A DNA stretch of 64,000 nt from the human T2T-CHM13v2.0 reference genome, Homo sapiens. Position numbers and translations under genes: made by a program. The stretch lies in assembly GCF_009914755.1 (NCBI RefSeq), contig NC_060939.1; one strand, written 5' to 3'. The notes beneath the pieces were generated by a model. It saw only the letters and a list, made by a program, of their open reading frames with translations. It was not told the DNA's origin and made no database searches. Positions 27,001 through 41,549 of this stretch are shown here, in pieces. Numbering within the stretch: position 1 is the first letter of the stretch; every line of letters starts with the position of its first letter.

Positions 27001-30000
27001 ATTCCATTCCATTTCATTCCATTCCATTCCATTTCATTCTATTCAATTCCATTCGTGTCCATTCCACTCCAGTCCATTCCATTCGTGTCCATTCCATTCC
27101 AGTCCATTCCATTTGTGTCCACTGCATTCCATTCCACTCCATTCCATATTATTCCATTACACTCCATTCCATTCTATTACTTTCATTTCCATTTAATTCC
27201 ATTCCATTTGATTCCATTCCACTCGGTTTCATTCCATTTGAGTCCACTCCATTCCATTCCATTCCATTCCATTCAGTTCCATTCCATTCTGTTCCATTCC
27301 ATTCTGTTCCATTGCATTCCATTCCATTCGGTACCATTCCATATTGTTCCATTCGATTCCATTCGAATCCATTCCATTCCAGTCCATTCCATTCGATTCC
27401 ATTCCATTCCTTTCAATTCCATTCCATTACATTCCATTCCACTTGATTCCACTCCATTCCCTTCCACTGCATTCCATTCGATTCCATTCCATTGCATTGC
27501 ATTCCATTCCATTGGACTACATTCCATTCGATTCCATTCCATTCGAATCAATGACATAGCAATCCATTACATTCGAGTCTATTCTATTCCGTTCCATTCG
27601 ATTTCATTCCAATCCATTCGATTCCATTCCATTCGATTCCATTCCATACTATTGCATTCCATTCTATTACATTATATTCGAATAAGTTCCATTCAAGACC
27701 ATTTCTTTTGAGTCCATTCTATTTGAGTCCATTCCCTTTGATTCCATAACATTTGAGTCCATTCAATTCCATTCCTTTCGTTTCCATTCCATTTGATGCC
27801 ATTCCACTCAATTCTGTTCTACTCGACTCCAATACATTCAATTCCATTCCATCCGATTCCATTACATTCTTTTCATTTCTTATCCATTTCAAGCCATTCC
27901 ACTCCATTCCATTCCACTCGTTTCCTTTCCATTCGAGTCCATTCCTCTCCAGTCCATTCCGTTCAATCCATTCCATTCCAGTCCATTCCATTCGAGTCCG
28001 TTCCATTCCAGTCCATTCCATTCGAGTCAATTCCATTCCATTCGATGTCTTCCCATAACGATCCATTCCATTCTATTCCTTTCGATTCCATTCCATTCTA
28101 TTTCATTCCATTCGATTCCCTTCCATTGGACTCCTTTCCATTCGAGTGCATTCCATTCCGTTCCATTTCTTTCCGTTCTGTACGATTCTTACCGTTCGAT
28201 TTCATTTTGTTCCAGTCCATTCCTTTCGCGTCCATTCCATTCCATTTCACTCCATTCGATTCCATTCCACTCGATTCCACTTCGTTCCATTTCATTGCAT
28301 TCCATTCTATTCAACTCTATTGCCTTCCATTCCATTCCATTCGATTACATTCCATGCGATTGCATTCGAAATCGAATCAATTACATTGCAATCCATTACT
28401 ATTGAGTCCGTTTTATTCCAGTCCACTGCATTCTGGTCCATTCCATTTGATTCCATTCCATTCTATTCCATTCCATACAGTTGCATTCCTTTGGATTCCA
28501 TGCTATATCTATAAATTCAATTCGAGACCATTGCTTTTGAGTCCATTCTATATGATTCCATTCCATTCAAGTCCATTACATTTGGTTCAATTCCATTCCA
28601 TTCCAGTTGATATCAATCCATTCGATTCCATTCCATTCGAGCACATTCCATTCGAGTCCATTCCATTCGATGCCATTCCATTTGATTCTATGCCATTAGT
28701 CTCCATTCAATTCCATTAATCTCCATTCCATTCCATTCTACTCCAACTGATTCCATTCCATTCTATTCCTTTCCATTCCATTTCATTCCATTCCATTCCA
28801 TTTCATTCCATTCCATTCCATTCGTGTCCATTCCACTCCAGTCCATTCCATTCGTGTCCATTCCATTCCAGTCCATTACATTTGTGTCCACTGCATTCCA
28901 TTCCACTCCATTCCATATTATTCCATTACACTCCATTCCATTCTATTACTATCATTTCCATTCAATTCCATTCCATTTGATTCCATTCCACTCGGTTTCA
29001 TTCCATTTGAGTCCACTCCATTCCATTCCATTCCATTAAATTCAGTTCCATTCCATTCTGTTCCATTCCATTCCATTCCATTACATTCCATTCCATTCGG
29101 TACCATTCCATATTGTTCCATTCGATTCCATTCGAATCCATTCCATTCCAGTCCATTCCATTCGATTCCATTCCATTCATTTCAATTCCATTCCATTCCA
29201 TTCCATTACATTCCACTTGATTCCTCTCCATTCCCTTCCACTGCATTCCGTTCGATTCCATTCCATTGCATTGCATTCCATTCCATTGTATTGCATTCCA
29301 TTCGATTCCATTCCATTCGAATCAATTACATAGCAATCCATTACATTCGAGTCTATTCTCTTCCGTTCCATTCGATTTCGTTCCAATCCATTCGATTCCA
29401 TTCCATTCGATTCCATTCCATACTATTGCATTCCATTCGATTACATTATATTCGAATAAGTTCCATTCAAGACCATTTCTTTTGAGTCCATTCTTTTTGA
29501 GTCCATTCCCTTTGATTCCATAACATTTGAGTCCATTCAATTCCATTCCTTTCGTTTGCATTCCATTTGATGCCATTCCATTCAATTCTGTTCTACTCGA
29601 CTCCAATACATTCAATTCCATTCCATCCGATTCCATTACATTCTTTTCATTTCTTATCCATTTCAAGCCATTCCACTCCATTCCATTCCACTCGTTTCCT
29701 TTCCATTCGAGTCCATTCCTCTCCAGTCCATTCCGTTCAATCCATTCCATTCCAGTCCATTCCATTCGAGTCCGTTCCATTCCAGTCCTCTCTATTCGAG
29801 TCAATTCCATCCCATTCGATGTTTTTCCATAACGATCCATTCCATTCTATTCCTTTCGATTCCATTCCATTCTACTTCATTCAATTCGATTCCCTTCCAT
29901 TGGACTCCTTTCCATTCGAGTGCATTCCATTCCGTTCCATTTCGTACCGTTCTGTACGATTCCTACCGTTCGATTTCATTTTGTTCCAGTCCATTCCTTT

Positions 30001-30580
30001 CGCGTCCATTCCATTCCATTTCACTCCATTCGATTCCATTCCACTCGATTCCACTTCGTTCCATTTCATTGCATTCCATTCTATTCAACTCTATTGCCTT
30101 CCATTCCATTCCATTCGATTACATTCCATGCGATTCCGTTCGAAATCGAATCAATTACATTGCAATCCATTACTATTGAGTCCATTTTATTCCAGTCCAC
30201 TGCATTCTGGTCCATTCCATTTGATTCCATTCCATTCTATTCCATTCCATACAGTTGCATTCCATTGGATTCCATTCTATATCTATAAATTCAATTCGAG
30301 ACCATTGCTTTTGAATCCATTCTATATGATTCCATTCCATTCAAGTCCATTACATTTGGTTCAATTTCATTCCATTCCATTCCCTTCCATTCCATTCCAG
30401 TTGATATCAATCCATTCGATTCCATTCCATTCGTGCACATTCCATTTGAGTCCATTCCATTCGATGCCATTCCATTTGATTCTATTCCATTAGTCTCCAT
30501 TCAATTCCATTAATCTCCATTCCATTCCATTCTACTCCAACTGATTCCATTCCATTCTATTCCTTTCCATTCCATTTCAT
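9100..30580 (+). repeat. Tetrameric higher-order repeat, three copies, period 7161 bp (1804+1774+1809+1774)
   Basis: ORF sets 9150/16311/23472, 10919/18080/25241, 12733/19894/27055 and 14502/21663/28824 are all offset by 7161. They share private variants: CATGCAG, CGATTGCATTCGAA, GGACTACA with CAATGACA, and CATTGTATTGC with GTTTTTCC. Boundaries are approximate. Confidence 0.92.
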
Positions 30581-31399
30581 TCCATTCCATTCCATTTCAT
30601 TCCATTCCATTCCATTCCATTCCATTCGCTTCCATTCCATTCGTGTCCATTCCACTCCAGTCCATTCCATTCGTGTCCATTCCATTCCAGTCCATTCCAT
30701 TTGTGTCCACTGCATTCCATTCCACTCCATTCCATATTATTCCATTACACTCCCTTCCATACTATTACTTTCATTTCCATTCAATTCCATTCCATTTGAT
30801 TCCATTCCACTCGGTTTCATTCCATTTGAGTCCACTCCATTCCATTCCATTCCATTCCATTCAGTTCCATTCCATTCTGTTCCATTCCATTCCGTTCCAT
30901 TACATTCCATTCCATTCGGTACCATTCCATATTGTTCCCTTCGATTCCATTCGAATCCATTCCATTCCAGTCCATTCCATTCGATTCCATTCCATTCCTT
31001 TCAATTCCATTCCATTCCATTCCATTCCACTTGATTCCACTCCATTCCCTTCCACTGCATTCCATTCGATTCCATTCCATTGCATTGCATTCCATTCCAT
31101 TGGACTGCATTCCATTCGATTCCATTCCATTCGAATCAATTACATAGCAATCCATTACATTCGAGTCTATTCTATTCCGTTCCATTCGATTTCGTTCCAA
31201 TCCATTCGATTCCATTCCATTCGATTCCATTCCATACTATTGCATTCCATTCGATTACATTATATTCGAATAAGTTCCATTCAAGACCATTTCTTTTGAG
31301 TCCATTCTATTTGAGTCCATTCCCTTTGATTCCATAACATTTGAGTCCATTCAATTCCATTCCTTTCGTTCCCATTCCATTTGATGCCATTCCATTCAA

Positions 31400-34300
31400 T
31401 TCTGTTCTACTCGACTCCAATACATTCAATTCCATTCCATCCGATTCCATTACATTCTTTTCATTTCTTATCCATTTCAAGCCATTCCACTCCATTCCAT
31501 TCCACTCGTTTCCTTTCCATTCGAGTCCATTCCTCTCCAGTCCATTCCGTTCAATCCATTCCATTCCAGTCCATTCCATTCGAGTCCGTTCCATTCCAGT
31601 CCATTCCATTCGAGTCAATTCCATTCCATTCGATGTCTTTCCATAACGATCCATTCCATTCTATTCCTTTCGATTCCATTCCATTCTATTTCATTCCATT
31701 CGATTCCCTTCCATTGGACTCCTTTCCATTCGAGTGCATTCCATTCCGTTCCATTTCTTTCCGTTCTGTGCGATTCCTACCGTTTGATTTCATTTTGTTC
31801 CAGTCCATTCCTTTCGCGTCCATTCCATTCCATTTCACTCCATTCGATTCCATTCCACTCGATTCCACTTCATTCCATTTCATTGCATTCCATTCTATTC
31901 AACTCTATTGCCTTCCATTCCATTCCATTCGATTACATTCCATGCGATTCCATTCGAAATCGAATCAATTACATTGCAATCCATTACTATTGAGTCCATT
32001 TTATTCCAGTCCACTGCATTCTGGTCCATTCCATTTGATTCCATTCCATTCTATTCCATTCCATACAGTTGCATTCCATTGGATTCCATTCTATATCTAT
32101 AAATTCAATTCGAGACCATTGCTTTTGAATCCATTCTATATGATTCCATTCCATTCAAGTCCATTACATTTGGTTCAATTCCATTCCATTCCATTCCCTT
32201 CCATTCCATTCCAGTTGATATCAATCCATTCGATTCCATTCCATTCGAGCACATTCCTTTCGAGTCCATTCCATTCGATGCCATTCCATTTGATTCTATT
32301 CCATTAGTCTCCATTCAATTCCATTAATCTCCATTCCATTCCATTCTACTCCAACTGATTCCATTCCATTCTATTCCTTTCCATTCCATTTCATTCCATT
32401 CCATTCCGTTCCATTACATTCCATTCGCTTCCATTCCATTCGTGTCCATTCCACTCCAGTCCATTCCATTCGTGTCCATTCCATTCCAGTCCATTCCATT
32501 TGTGTCCACTGCATTCCATTCCACTCCATTCCATATTATTCCATTACACTCCATTCCATTCTATTACTTTCATTTCCATTCAATTCCGTTCCATTTGATT
32601 CCATTCCACTCGGTTTCATTCCATTTGAGTCCACTCCATTCCATTCCATTCCATTCCATTCAGTTCCATTCCATTCTGTTCCATTCCATTCCGTTCCATT
32701 GCATTCCATTCCATTCGGTACCATTCCATATTGTTCCATTCGATTCCATTCGAATCCATTCCATTCCAGTCCATTCCATTCGATTCCATTCCATTCCTTT
32801 CAATTCCATTCCATTCCATTCCATTCCACTTGATTCCACTCCATTCCCTTCCACTGCATTCCATTCGATTCCATTCCATTGCATTGCATTCCATTCCATT
32901 GGACTGCATTCCATTCGATTCCATTCCATTCGAATCAATTACATAGCAATCCATTACATTCGAGTCTATTCTATTCCGTTCCATTCGATTTCATTCCAAT
33001 CCATTCGATTCCATTCCATACTATTGCATTCCATTCTATTACATTATATTCGAATAAGATCCATTCAAGACCATTTCTTTTGAGTTCATTCTATTTGAGT
33101 CCATTCCCTTTGATTCCATAACATTTGAGTCCATTCAATTCCATTCCTTTCGTTTGCATTCCATTTGATGCCATTCCATTCAATTCTGTGCTACTCGACT
33201 CCAATACATTCAATTCCATTCCATCCGATTCCATTACATTCTTTTCATTTCTTATCCATTTCAAGCCATTCCACTCCATTCCATTCCACTCGTTTCCTTT
33301 CCATTCGAGTCCATTCCTCTCCAGTCCATTCCGTTCAATCCATTCCATTCCAGTCCATTCCATTCGAGTCCGTTCCATTCCAGTCCATTCCATTCGAGTC
33401 AATTCCATTCCATTCGATGTCTTTCCATAACGATCCATTCCATTCTATTCCTTTGGATTCCATTCCATTCTATTTCATTCCATTCGATTCCCTTCCATTG
33501 GACTCCTTTCCATTCGAGTGCATTCCATTCCGTTCCATTTCTTTCCGTTCTGTACGATTCCTACCGTTCGATTTCATTTTGTTCCAGTCCATTCCTTTCG
33601 CGTCCATTCCATTCCATTTCACTCCATTCGATTCCATTCCACTCGATTCCACTTCGTTCCATTTCATTGCATTCCATTCTATTCAACTCTATTGCCTTCC
33701 ATTCCATTCCATTCGATTACATTCCATGCGATTCCATTCGAAATCGAATCAATTACATTGCAATCCATTACTATTGAGTCCATTTTATTCCAGTCCACTG
33801 CATTCTGGTCCATTCCATTTGATTCCATTCCATTCTATTCCATTCCATACAGTTGCATTCCATTGGATTCCATTCTATATCTATAAATTCAATTCGAGAC
33901 CATTGCTTTTGAATCCATTCCATAGGATTCCATTCCATTCAAGTCCATTACATTTGGTTCAATTCCATTCCATTCCATTCCCTTCCATTCCATTCCAGTT
34001 GATATCAATCCATTCGATTCCATTCCATTCGAGCACATTCCATTCCAGTCCATTCCATTCGATGCCATTACATTTGATTCTATTCCATTAGTCTCCATTC
34101 AATTCCATTAATCTCCATTCCATTCCATTCTACTCCAACTGATTCCATTCCATTCTATTCCTTTCCATTCCATTTCATTCCATTCCATTCCGTTCCATTA
34201 CATTCCATTCGCTTCCATTCCATTCGTGTCCATTCCACTCCAGTCCATTCCATTCGTGTCCATTCCATTCCAGTCCATTCCATTTGTGTCCACTGCATTC

Positions 34301-34400
34301 CATTCCACTCCATTCCATATTATTCCATTACACTCCCTTCCATTCTATTACTTTCATTTCCATTGAATTCCGTTCCATTTGATTCCATTCCACTCGGTTT
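31400..34400 (+). repeat. Segment duplicated at +8930 bp (five monomers away, ~40.3-43.3 kb)
   Basis: ORF pairs 31784/40714, 32442/41372 and 33125/42055 are offset by 8930. Shared variants are TGTGCGATT, ACATTCCTTTCG, a 15-bp deletion, AATAAGATCC, GAGTTCATT, CTGTGCTA and CATAGGATT. Confidence 0.82.
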
Positions 34401-36799
34401 CATTCCATTTGAGTCCACTCCATTCCATTCCATTCCATTCCATTCAGTTCCATTCCATTCTGTTCCATTCCATTCCGTTCCATTGCATTCCATTCCATTC
34501 GGTACCATTCCATATTGTTCCATTCGATTCCATTCGAATCCATTCCATTCCAGTCCATTCCATTCGTTTCCATTCCATTCCTTTCAATTCCATTCCATTC
34601 CATTCCATTCCACTTGATTCCACTCCATTCCCTTCCACTGCATTCCATTCGATTCCATTCCATTGCATTGCATTCCATTCCATTGGACTGCATTCCATTC
34701 GATTCCATTCCATTCGAATCAATTACATAGCAATCCATTACATTCGAGTCTATTCTATTCCGTTCCGTTCGATTTCGTTCCAATCCATTCGATTCCATTC
34801 CATTCGATTCCATTCCATACTATTGCATTCCATTCGATTACATTATATTCGAATACGTTCCATTCAAGACCATTTCTTTTGAGTCCATTCTATTTGAGTC
34901 CATTCCCTTTGATTCCATAACATTTGAGTCCATTCAATTCCATTCCTTTCGTTTCCATTCCATTTGATGCCATTCCATTCAATTCTGTTCTACTCGACTC
35001 CAATACATTCAATTCCATTCCATCCGATTCCATTACATTCTTTTCATTTCTTATCCATTTCAAGCCATTCCACTCCATTCCATTCCACTCGTTTCCTTTC
35101 CATTCGAGTCCATTCCTCTCCAGTCCATTCCGTTCAATCCATTCCATTCCAGTCCATTCCATTCGAGTCCGTTCCATTCCAGTCCAATCCATTCGAGTCA
35201 ATTCCATCCCATTCGATGTCTTTCCATAACGATCCATTCCATTCTATTCCTTTCGATTCCATTCCATTCTATTTCATTCCATTCGATTCCCTTCCATTGG
35301 ACTCCTTTCCATTCGAGTGCATTCCATTCCGTTCCATTTCTTTCCGTTCTGTACGATTCCTACCGTTCGATTTCATTTTGTTCCAGTCCATTCCTTTCGC
35401 GTCCATTCCATTCCATTTCACTCCATTCGATTCCATTCCACTCGATTCCACTTCGTTCCATTTCATTGCATTCCATTCTATTCAACTCTATTGCCTTCCA
35501 TTCCATTCCATTCGATTACATTCCATGCGATTCCATTCGAAATCGAATCAATTACATTGCAATCCATTACTATTGAGTCCATTTTATTCCAGTCCACTGC
35601 ATTCTGGTCCATTCCATTTGATTCCATTCCATTCTATTCCATTCCATACAGTTGCATTCCATTGGATTCCATTCTATATCTATAAATTCAATTCGAGACC
35701 ATTGCTTTTGAATCCATTCTATATGATTCCATTCCATTCAAGTCCATTACATTTGGTTCAATTCCATTCCATTCCATTCCGTTCCATTCCATTCCAGTTG
35801 ATATCAATCCATTCGATTCCATTCCATTCGAGCACATTCCATTCGAGTCCATTCCATTCGATGCCATTCCATTTGATTCTATTCCATTAGTCTCCATTCA
35901 ATTCCATTAATCTCCATTCCATTCCATTCTACTCCAACTGATTCCATTCCATTCTATTCCTTTCCATTCCATTTCATTCCATTCCATTCCATTTCATTCC
36001 ATTCCATTCCATTCGCTTCCATTCGTGTCCATTCCACTCCAGTCCATTCCATTCGTGTCCATTCCATTCCAGTCCATTCCATTTGTGTCCACTGCATTCC
36101 ATTCCACTCCATTCCATATTATTCCATTACACTCCATTCCATTCTATTACTTTCATTTCCATTCAATTCCATTCCATTTGATTCCATTCCACTCGGTTTC
36201 ATTCCATTTGAGTCCACTCCATTCCATTCCATTCCATTCCATTCAGTTCCATTCCATTCTGTTCCATTCCATTCCGTTCCATTGCATTCCATTCCATTCG
36301 GTACCATTCCATATTGTTCCATTCGATTCCATTCGAATCCATTCCATTCCAGTCCATTCCATTCGATTCCATTCCATTCCTTTCAATTCCATTCCATTCC
36401 ATTCCATTCCACTTGATTCCACTCCATTCCCTTCCACTGCATTCCATTCGATTCCATTCCATTGCATTGCATTCCATTCCATTGGACTGCATTCCATTCG
36501 ATTCCATTCCATTCGAATCAATTACATAGCAATCCATTACATTCGAGTCTATTCTATTCCGTTCCATTCGATTTCCTTCCAATCCATTCGATTCCATTCC
36601 ATTCGATTCCATTCCATACTATTGCATTCCATTCTATTACATTATATTCGAATAAGTTCCATTCAAGACCATTTCTTTTGAGTCCATTCTATTTGAGTCC
36701 ATTCCCTTTGATTCCATAACATTTGAGTCCATTCAATTCCATTCCTTTCGTTTCCATTCCATTTGATGCCATTCCACTCAATTCTGTTCTACTCGACTC

Positions 36800-39700
36800 C
36801 CATACATTCAATTCCATTCCATCCGATTCCATTACATTCTTTTCATTTCTTATCCATTTCAAGCCATTCCACTCCATTCCATTCCACTCGTTTCCTTTCC
36901 ATTCGAGTCCATTCCTCTCCAGTCCATTCCGTTCAATCCATTCCATTCCAGTCCATTCCATTCGAGTCCGTTCCATTCCAGTCCATTCCATTCGAGTCAA
37001 TTCCATTCCATTCGATGTCTTTCCATAACGATCCATTCCATTCTATTCCTTTCGATTCCATTCCATTCTATTTCATTCCATTCGATTCCCTTCCATTGGA
37101 CTCCTTTCCATTCGAGTGCATTCCATTCCGTTCCATTTCTTTCCGTTCTGTGCGATTCCTACCGTTTGATTTCATTTTGTTCCAGTCCATTCCTTTCGCG
37201 TCCATTCCATTCCATTTCACTCCATTCGATTCCATTCCACTCGATTCCACTTCGTTCCATTTCATTGCATTCCATTCTATTCAACTCTATTGCCTTCCAT
37301 TCCATTCCATTCGATTACATTCCATGCGATTCCATTCGAAATCGAATCAATTACATTGCAATCCATTACTATTGAGTCCGTTTTATTCCAGTCCACTGCA
37401 TTCTGGTCCATTCCATTTGATTCCATTCCATTCTATTCCATTCCATACAGTTGCATTCCATTGGATTCCATGCTATATCTATAAATTCAATTCGAGACCA
37501 TTGCTTTTGAGTCCATTCTATATGATTCCATTCCATTCAAGTCCATTACATTTGGTTCAATTCCATTCCATTTCAGTTGATATCAATCCATTCGATTCCA
37601 TTCCATTCGAGCACATTCCATTCGAGTCCATTCCATTCGATGCCATTCCATTTGATACTATGCCATTAGTCTCCATTCAATTCCATTAATCACCATTCCA
37701 TTCCATTCTACTCCAACTGATTCCATTCCATTCTATTCCTTTCCATTCCATTTCATTCCATTTCATTCCATTCCATTCTATTCGTGTCCATTCCACTCCA
37801 GTCCATTCCATTCGTGTCCATTCCATTCCAGTCCATTCCATTTGTGTCCACTGCATTCCATTCCACTCCATTCCATATTATTCCATTACACTCCATTCCA
37901 TTCTATTACTTTCATTTCCATTCAATTCCATTCCATTTGATTCCATTCCACTCGGTTTCATTCCATTTGAGTCCACTCCATTCCATTCCATTCCATTCCA
38001 TTCCATTCAGTTCCATTCCATTCTGTTCCATTCCATTGCGTTCCATTACATTCCATTCCATTCGGTACCATTCCATATTGTTCCATTCGATTCCATTCGA
38101 ATCCATTCCATTCCAGTCCATTCCTTTCAATTCCATTCCATTCATTTCAATTCCATTCCATTCCATTCCATTACATTCCACTTGATTCCTCTCCATTCCC
38201 TTCCACTGCATTCCGTTCGATTCCATTCCATTGCATTGCATTCCATTCCATTGGATTGCATTCCATTCGATTCCATTCCATTCGAATCAATTACATAGCA
38301 ATCCATTACATTCGAGTCTATTCTATTCCGTTCCATTCGATTTCGTTCCAATCCATTCGATTCCATTCCATTCGATTCCATTCCATACTATTGCATTCCA
38401 TTCTATTACATTATATTCGAATAAGTTCCATTCAAGACCATTTCTTTTGAGTCCATTCTATTTGAGTCCATTCCCTTTGATTCCATAACATTTGAGTCCA
38501 TTCAATTCCATTCCTTTCGTTTCCATTCCATTTGATGCCATTCCATTCAATTCTGTTCTACTCGACTCCAATACATTCAATTCCATTCCATCCGATTCCA
38601 TTACATTCTTTTCATTTCTTATCCATTTCAAGCCATTCCACTCCATTCCATTCCACTCGTTTCCTTTCCATTCGAGTCCATTCCTCTCCAGTCCATTCCG
38701 TTCAATCCATTCCATTCCAGTCCATTCCATTCGAGTCCGTTCCATTCCAGTCCATTCCATTCGAGTCAATTCCATTCCATTCGATGTCTTTCCATAACGA
38801 TCCATTCCATTCTATTCCTTTCGATTCCATTCCATTCTATTTCATTCCATTCGATTCCCTTCCATTGGACTCCTTTCCATTCGAGTGCATTCCATTCCGT
38901 TCCATTTCTTTCCGTTCTGTGCGATTCCTACCGTTTGATTTCATTTTGTTCCAGTCCATTCCTTTCGCGTCCATTCCATTCCATTTCACTCCATTCGATT
39001 CCATTCCACTCGATTCCACTTCGTTCCATTTCATTGCATTCCATTCTATTCAACTCTATTGCCTTCCATTCCATTCCATTCGATTACATTCCATGCGATT
39101 CCATTCGAAATCGAATCAATTACATTGCAATCCATTACTATTGAGTCCGTTTTATTCCAGTCCACTGCATTCTGGTCCATTCCATTTGATTCCATTCCAT
39201 TCTATTCCATTCCATACAGTTGCATTCCATTGGATTCCATGCTATATCTATAAATTCAATTCGAGACCATTGCTTTTGAGTCCATTCTATATGATTCCAT
39301 TCCATTCAAGTCCATTACATTTGGTTCAATTCCATTCCATTTCAGTTGATATCAATCCATTCGATTCCATTCCATTCGAGCACATTCCATTCGAGTCCAT
39401 TCCATTCGATGCCATTCCATTTGATACTATGCCATTAGTCTCCATTCAATTCCATTAATCACCATTCCATTCCATTCTACTCCAACTGATTCCATTCCAT
39501 TCTATTCCTTTCCATTCCATTTCATTCCATTCCATTCCATTTCATTCCATTCCATTCTATTCGTGTCCATTCCACTCCAGTCCATTCCATTCGTGTCCAT
39601 TCCATTCCAGTCCATTCCATTTGTGTCCACTGCATTCCATTCCACTCCATTCCATATTATTCCATTACACTCCATTCCATTCTATTACTTTCATTTCCAT

Positions 39701-40750
39701 TCAATTCCATTCCATTTGATTCCATTCCACTCGGTTTCATTCCATTTGAGTCCACTCCATTCCATTCCATTCCATTCCATTCCATTCAGTTCCATTCCAT
39801 TCTGTTCCATTCCATTGCGTTCCATTACATTCCATTCCATTCGGTACCATTCCATATTGTTCCATTCGATTCCATTCGAATCCATTCCATTCCAGTCCAT
39901 TCCTTTCAATTCCATTCCATTCATTTCAATTCCATTCCATTCCATTCCATTACATTCCACTTGATTCCTCTCCATTCCCTTCCACTGCATTCCGTTCGAT
40001 TCCATTCCATTGCATTGCATTCCATTCCATTGGATTGCATTCCATTCGATTCCATTCCATTCGAATCAATTACATAGCAATCCATTACATTCGAGTCTAT
40101 TCTATTCCGTTCCATTCGATTTCGTTCCAATCCATTCGATTCCATTCCATTCGATTCCATTCCATACTATTGCATTCCATTCTATTACATTATATTCGAA
40201 TAAGTTCCATTCAAGACCATTTCTTTTGAGTCCATTCTATTTGAGTCCATTCCCTTTGATTCCATAACATTTGAGTCCATTCAATTCCATTCCTTTCGTT
40301 TCCATTCCATTTGATGCCATTCCATTCAATTCTGTTCTACTCGACTCCAATACATTCAATTCCATTCCATCCGATTCCATTACATTCTTTTCATTTCTTA
40401 TCCATTTCAAGCCATTCCACTCCATTCCATTCCACTCGTTTCCTTTCCATTCGAGTCCATTCCTCTCCAGTCCATTCCGTTCAATCCATTCCATTCCAGT
40501 CCATTCCATTCGAGTCCGTTCCATTCCAGTCCATTCCATTCGAGTCAATTCCATTCCATTCGATGTCTTTCCATAACGATCCATTCCATTCTATTCCTTT
40601 CGATTCCATTCCATTCTATTTCATTCCATTCGATTCCCTTCCATTGGACTCCTTTCCATTCGAGTGCATTCCATTCCGTTCCATTTCTTTCCGTTCTGTG
40701 CGATTCCTACCGTTTGATTTCATTTTGTTCCAGTCCATTCCTTTCGCGTC
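36800..40750 (+). repeat. Recent tandem duplication of a single monomer (period 1769/1779 bp)
   Basis: Private variants TTTGATACTATGCC (~37651, ~39420), TTAATCACC (~37686, ~39455), ATTCTATTCGTG and AGTCCATTCCTTTCAA occur in both adjacent monomers. The translated ORFs 36763/38532 and 37784/39563 are identical. Confidence 0.85.
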
Positions 40751-41549
40751 CATTCCATTCCATTTCACTCCATTCGATTCCATTCCACTCGATTCCACTT
40801 CGTTCCATTTCATTGCATTCCATTCTATTCAACTCTATTGCCTTCCATTCCATTCCATTCGATTACATTCCATGCGATTCCATTCGAAATCGAATCAATT
40901 ACATTGCAATCCATTACTATTGAGTCCATTTTATTCCAGTCCACTGCATTCTGGTCCATTCCATTTGATTCCATTCCATTCTATTCCATTCCATACAGTT
41001 GCATTCCATTGGATTCCATTCTATATCTATAAATTCAATTCGAGACCATTGCTTTTGAATCTATTCTATATGATTCCATTCCATTCAAGTCCATTACATT
41101 TGGTTCAATTCCATTCCATTCCATTCCCTTCCATTCCATTCCAGTTGATATCAATCCATTCGATTCCATTCCATTCGAGCACATTCCTTTCGAGTCCATT
41201 CCATTCGATGCCATTACATTTGATTCTATTCCATTAGTCTCCATTCAATTCCATTAATCTCCATTCCATTCCATTCTACTCCAACTGATTCCATTCCATT
41301 CTATTCCTTTCCATTCCATTTCATTCCATTCCATTCCGTTCCATTACATTCCATTCGCTTCCATTCCATTCGTGTCCATTCCACTCCAGTCCATTCCATT
41401 CGTGTCCATTCCATTCCAGTCCATTCCATTTGTGTCCACTGCATTCCATTCCACTCCATTCCATATTATTCCATTACACTCCATTCCATTCTATTACTTT
41501 CATTTCCATTCAATTCCGTTCCATTTGATTCCATTCCACTCGGTTTCAT

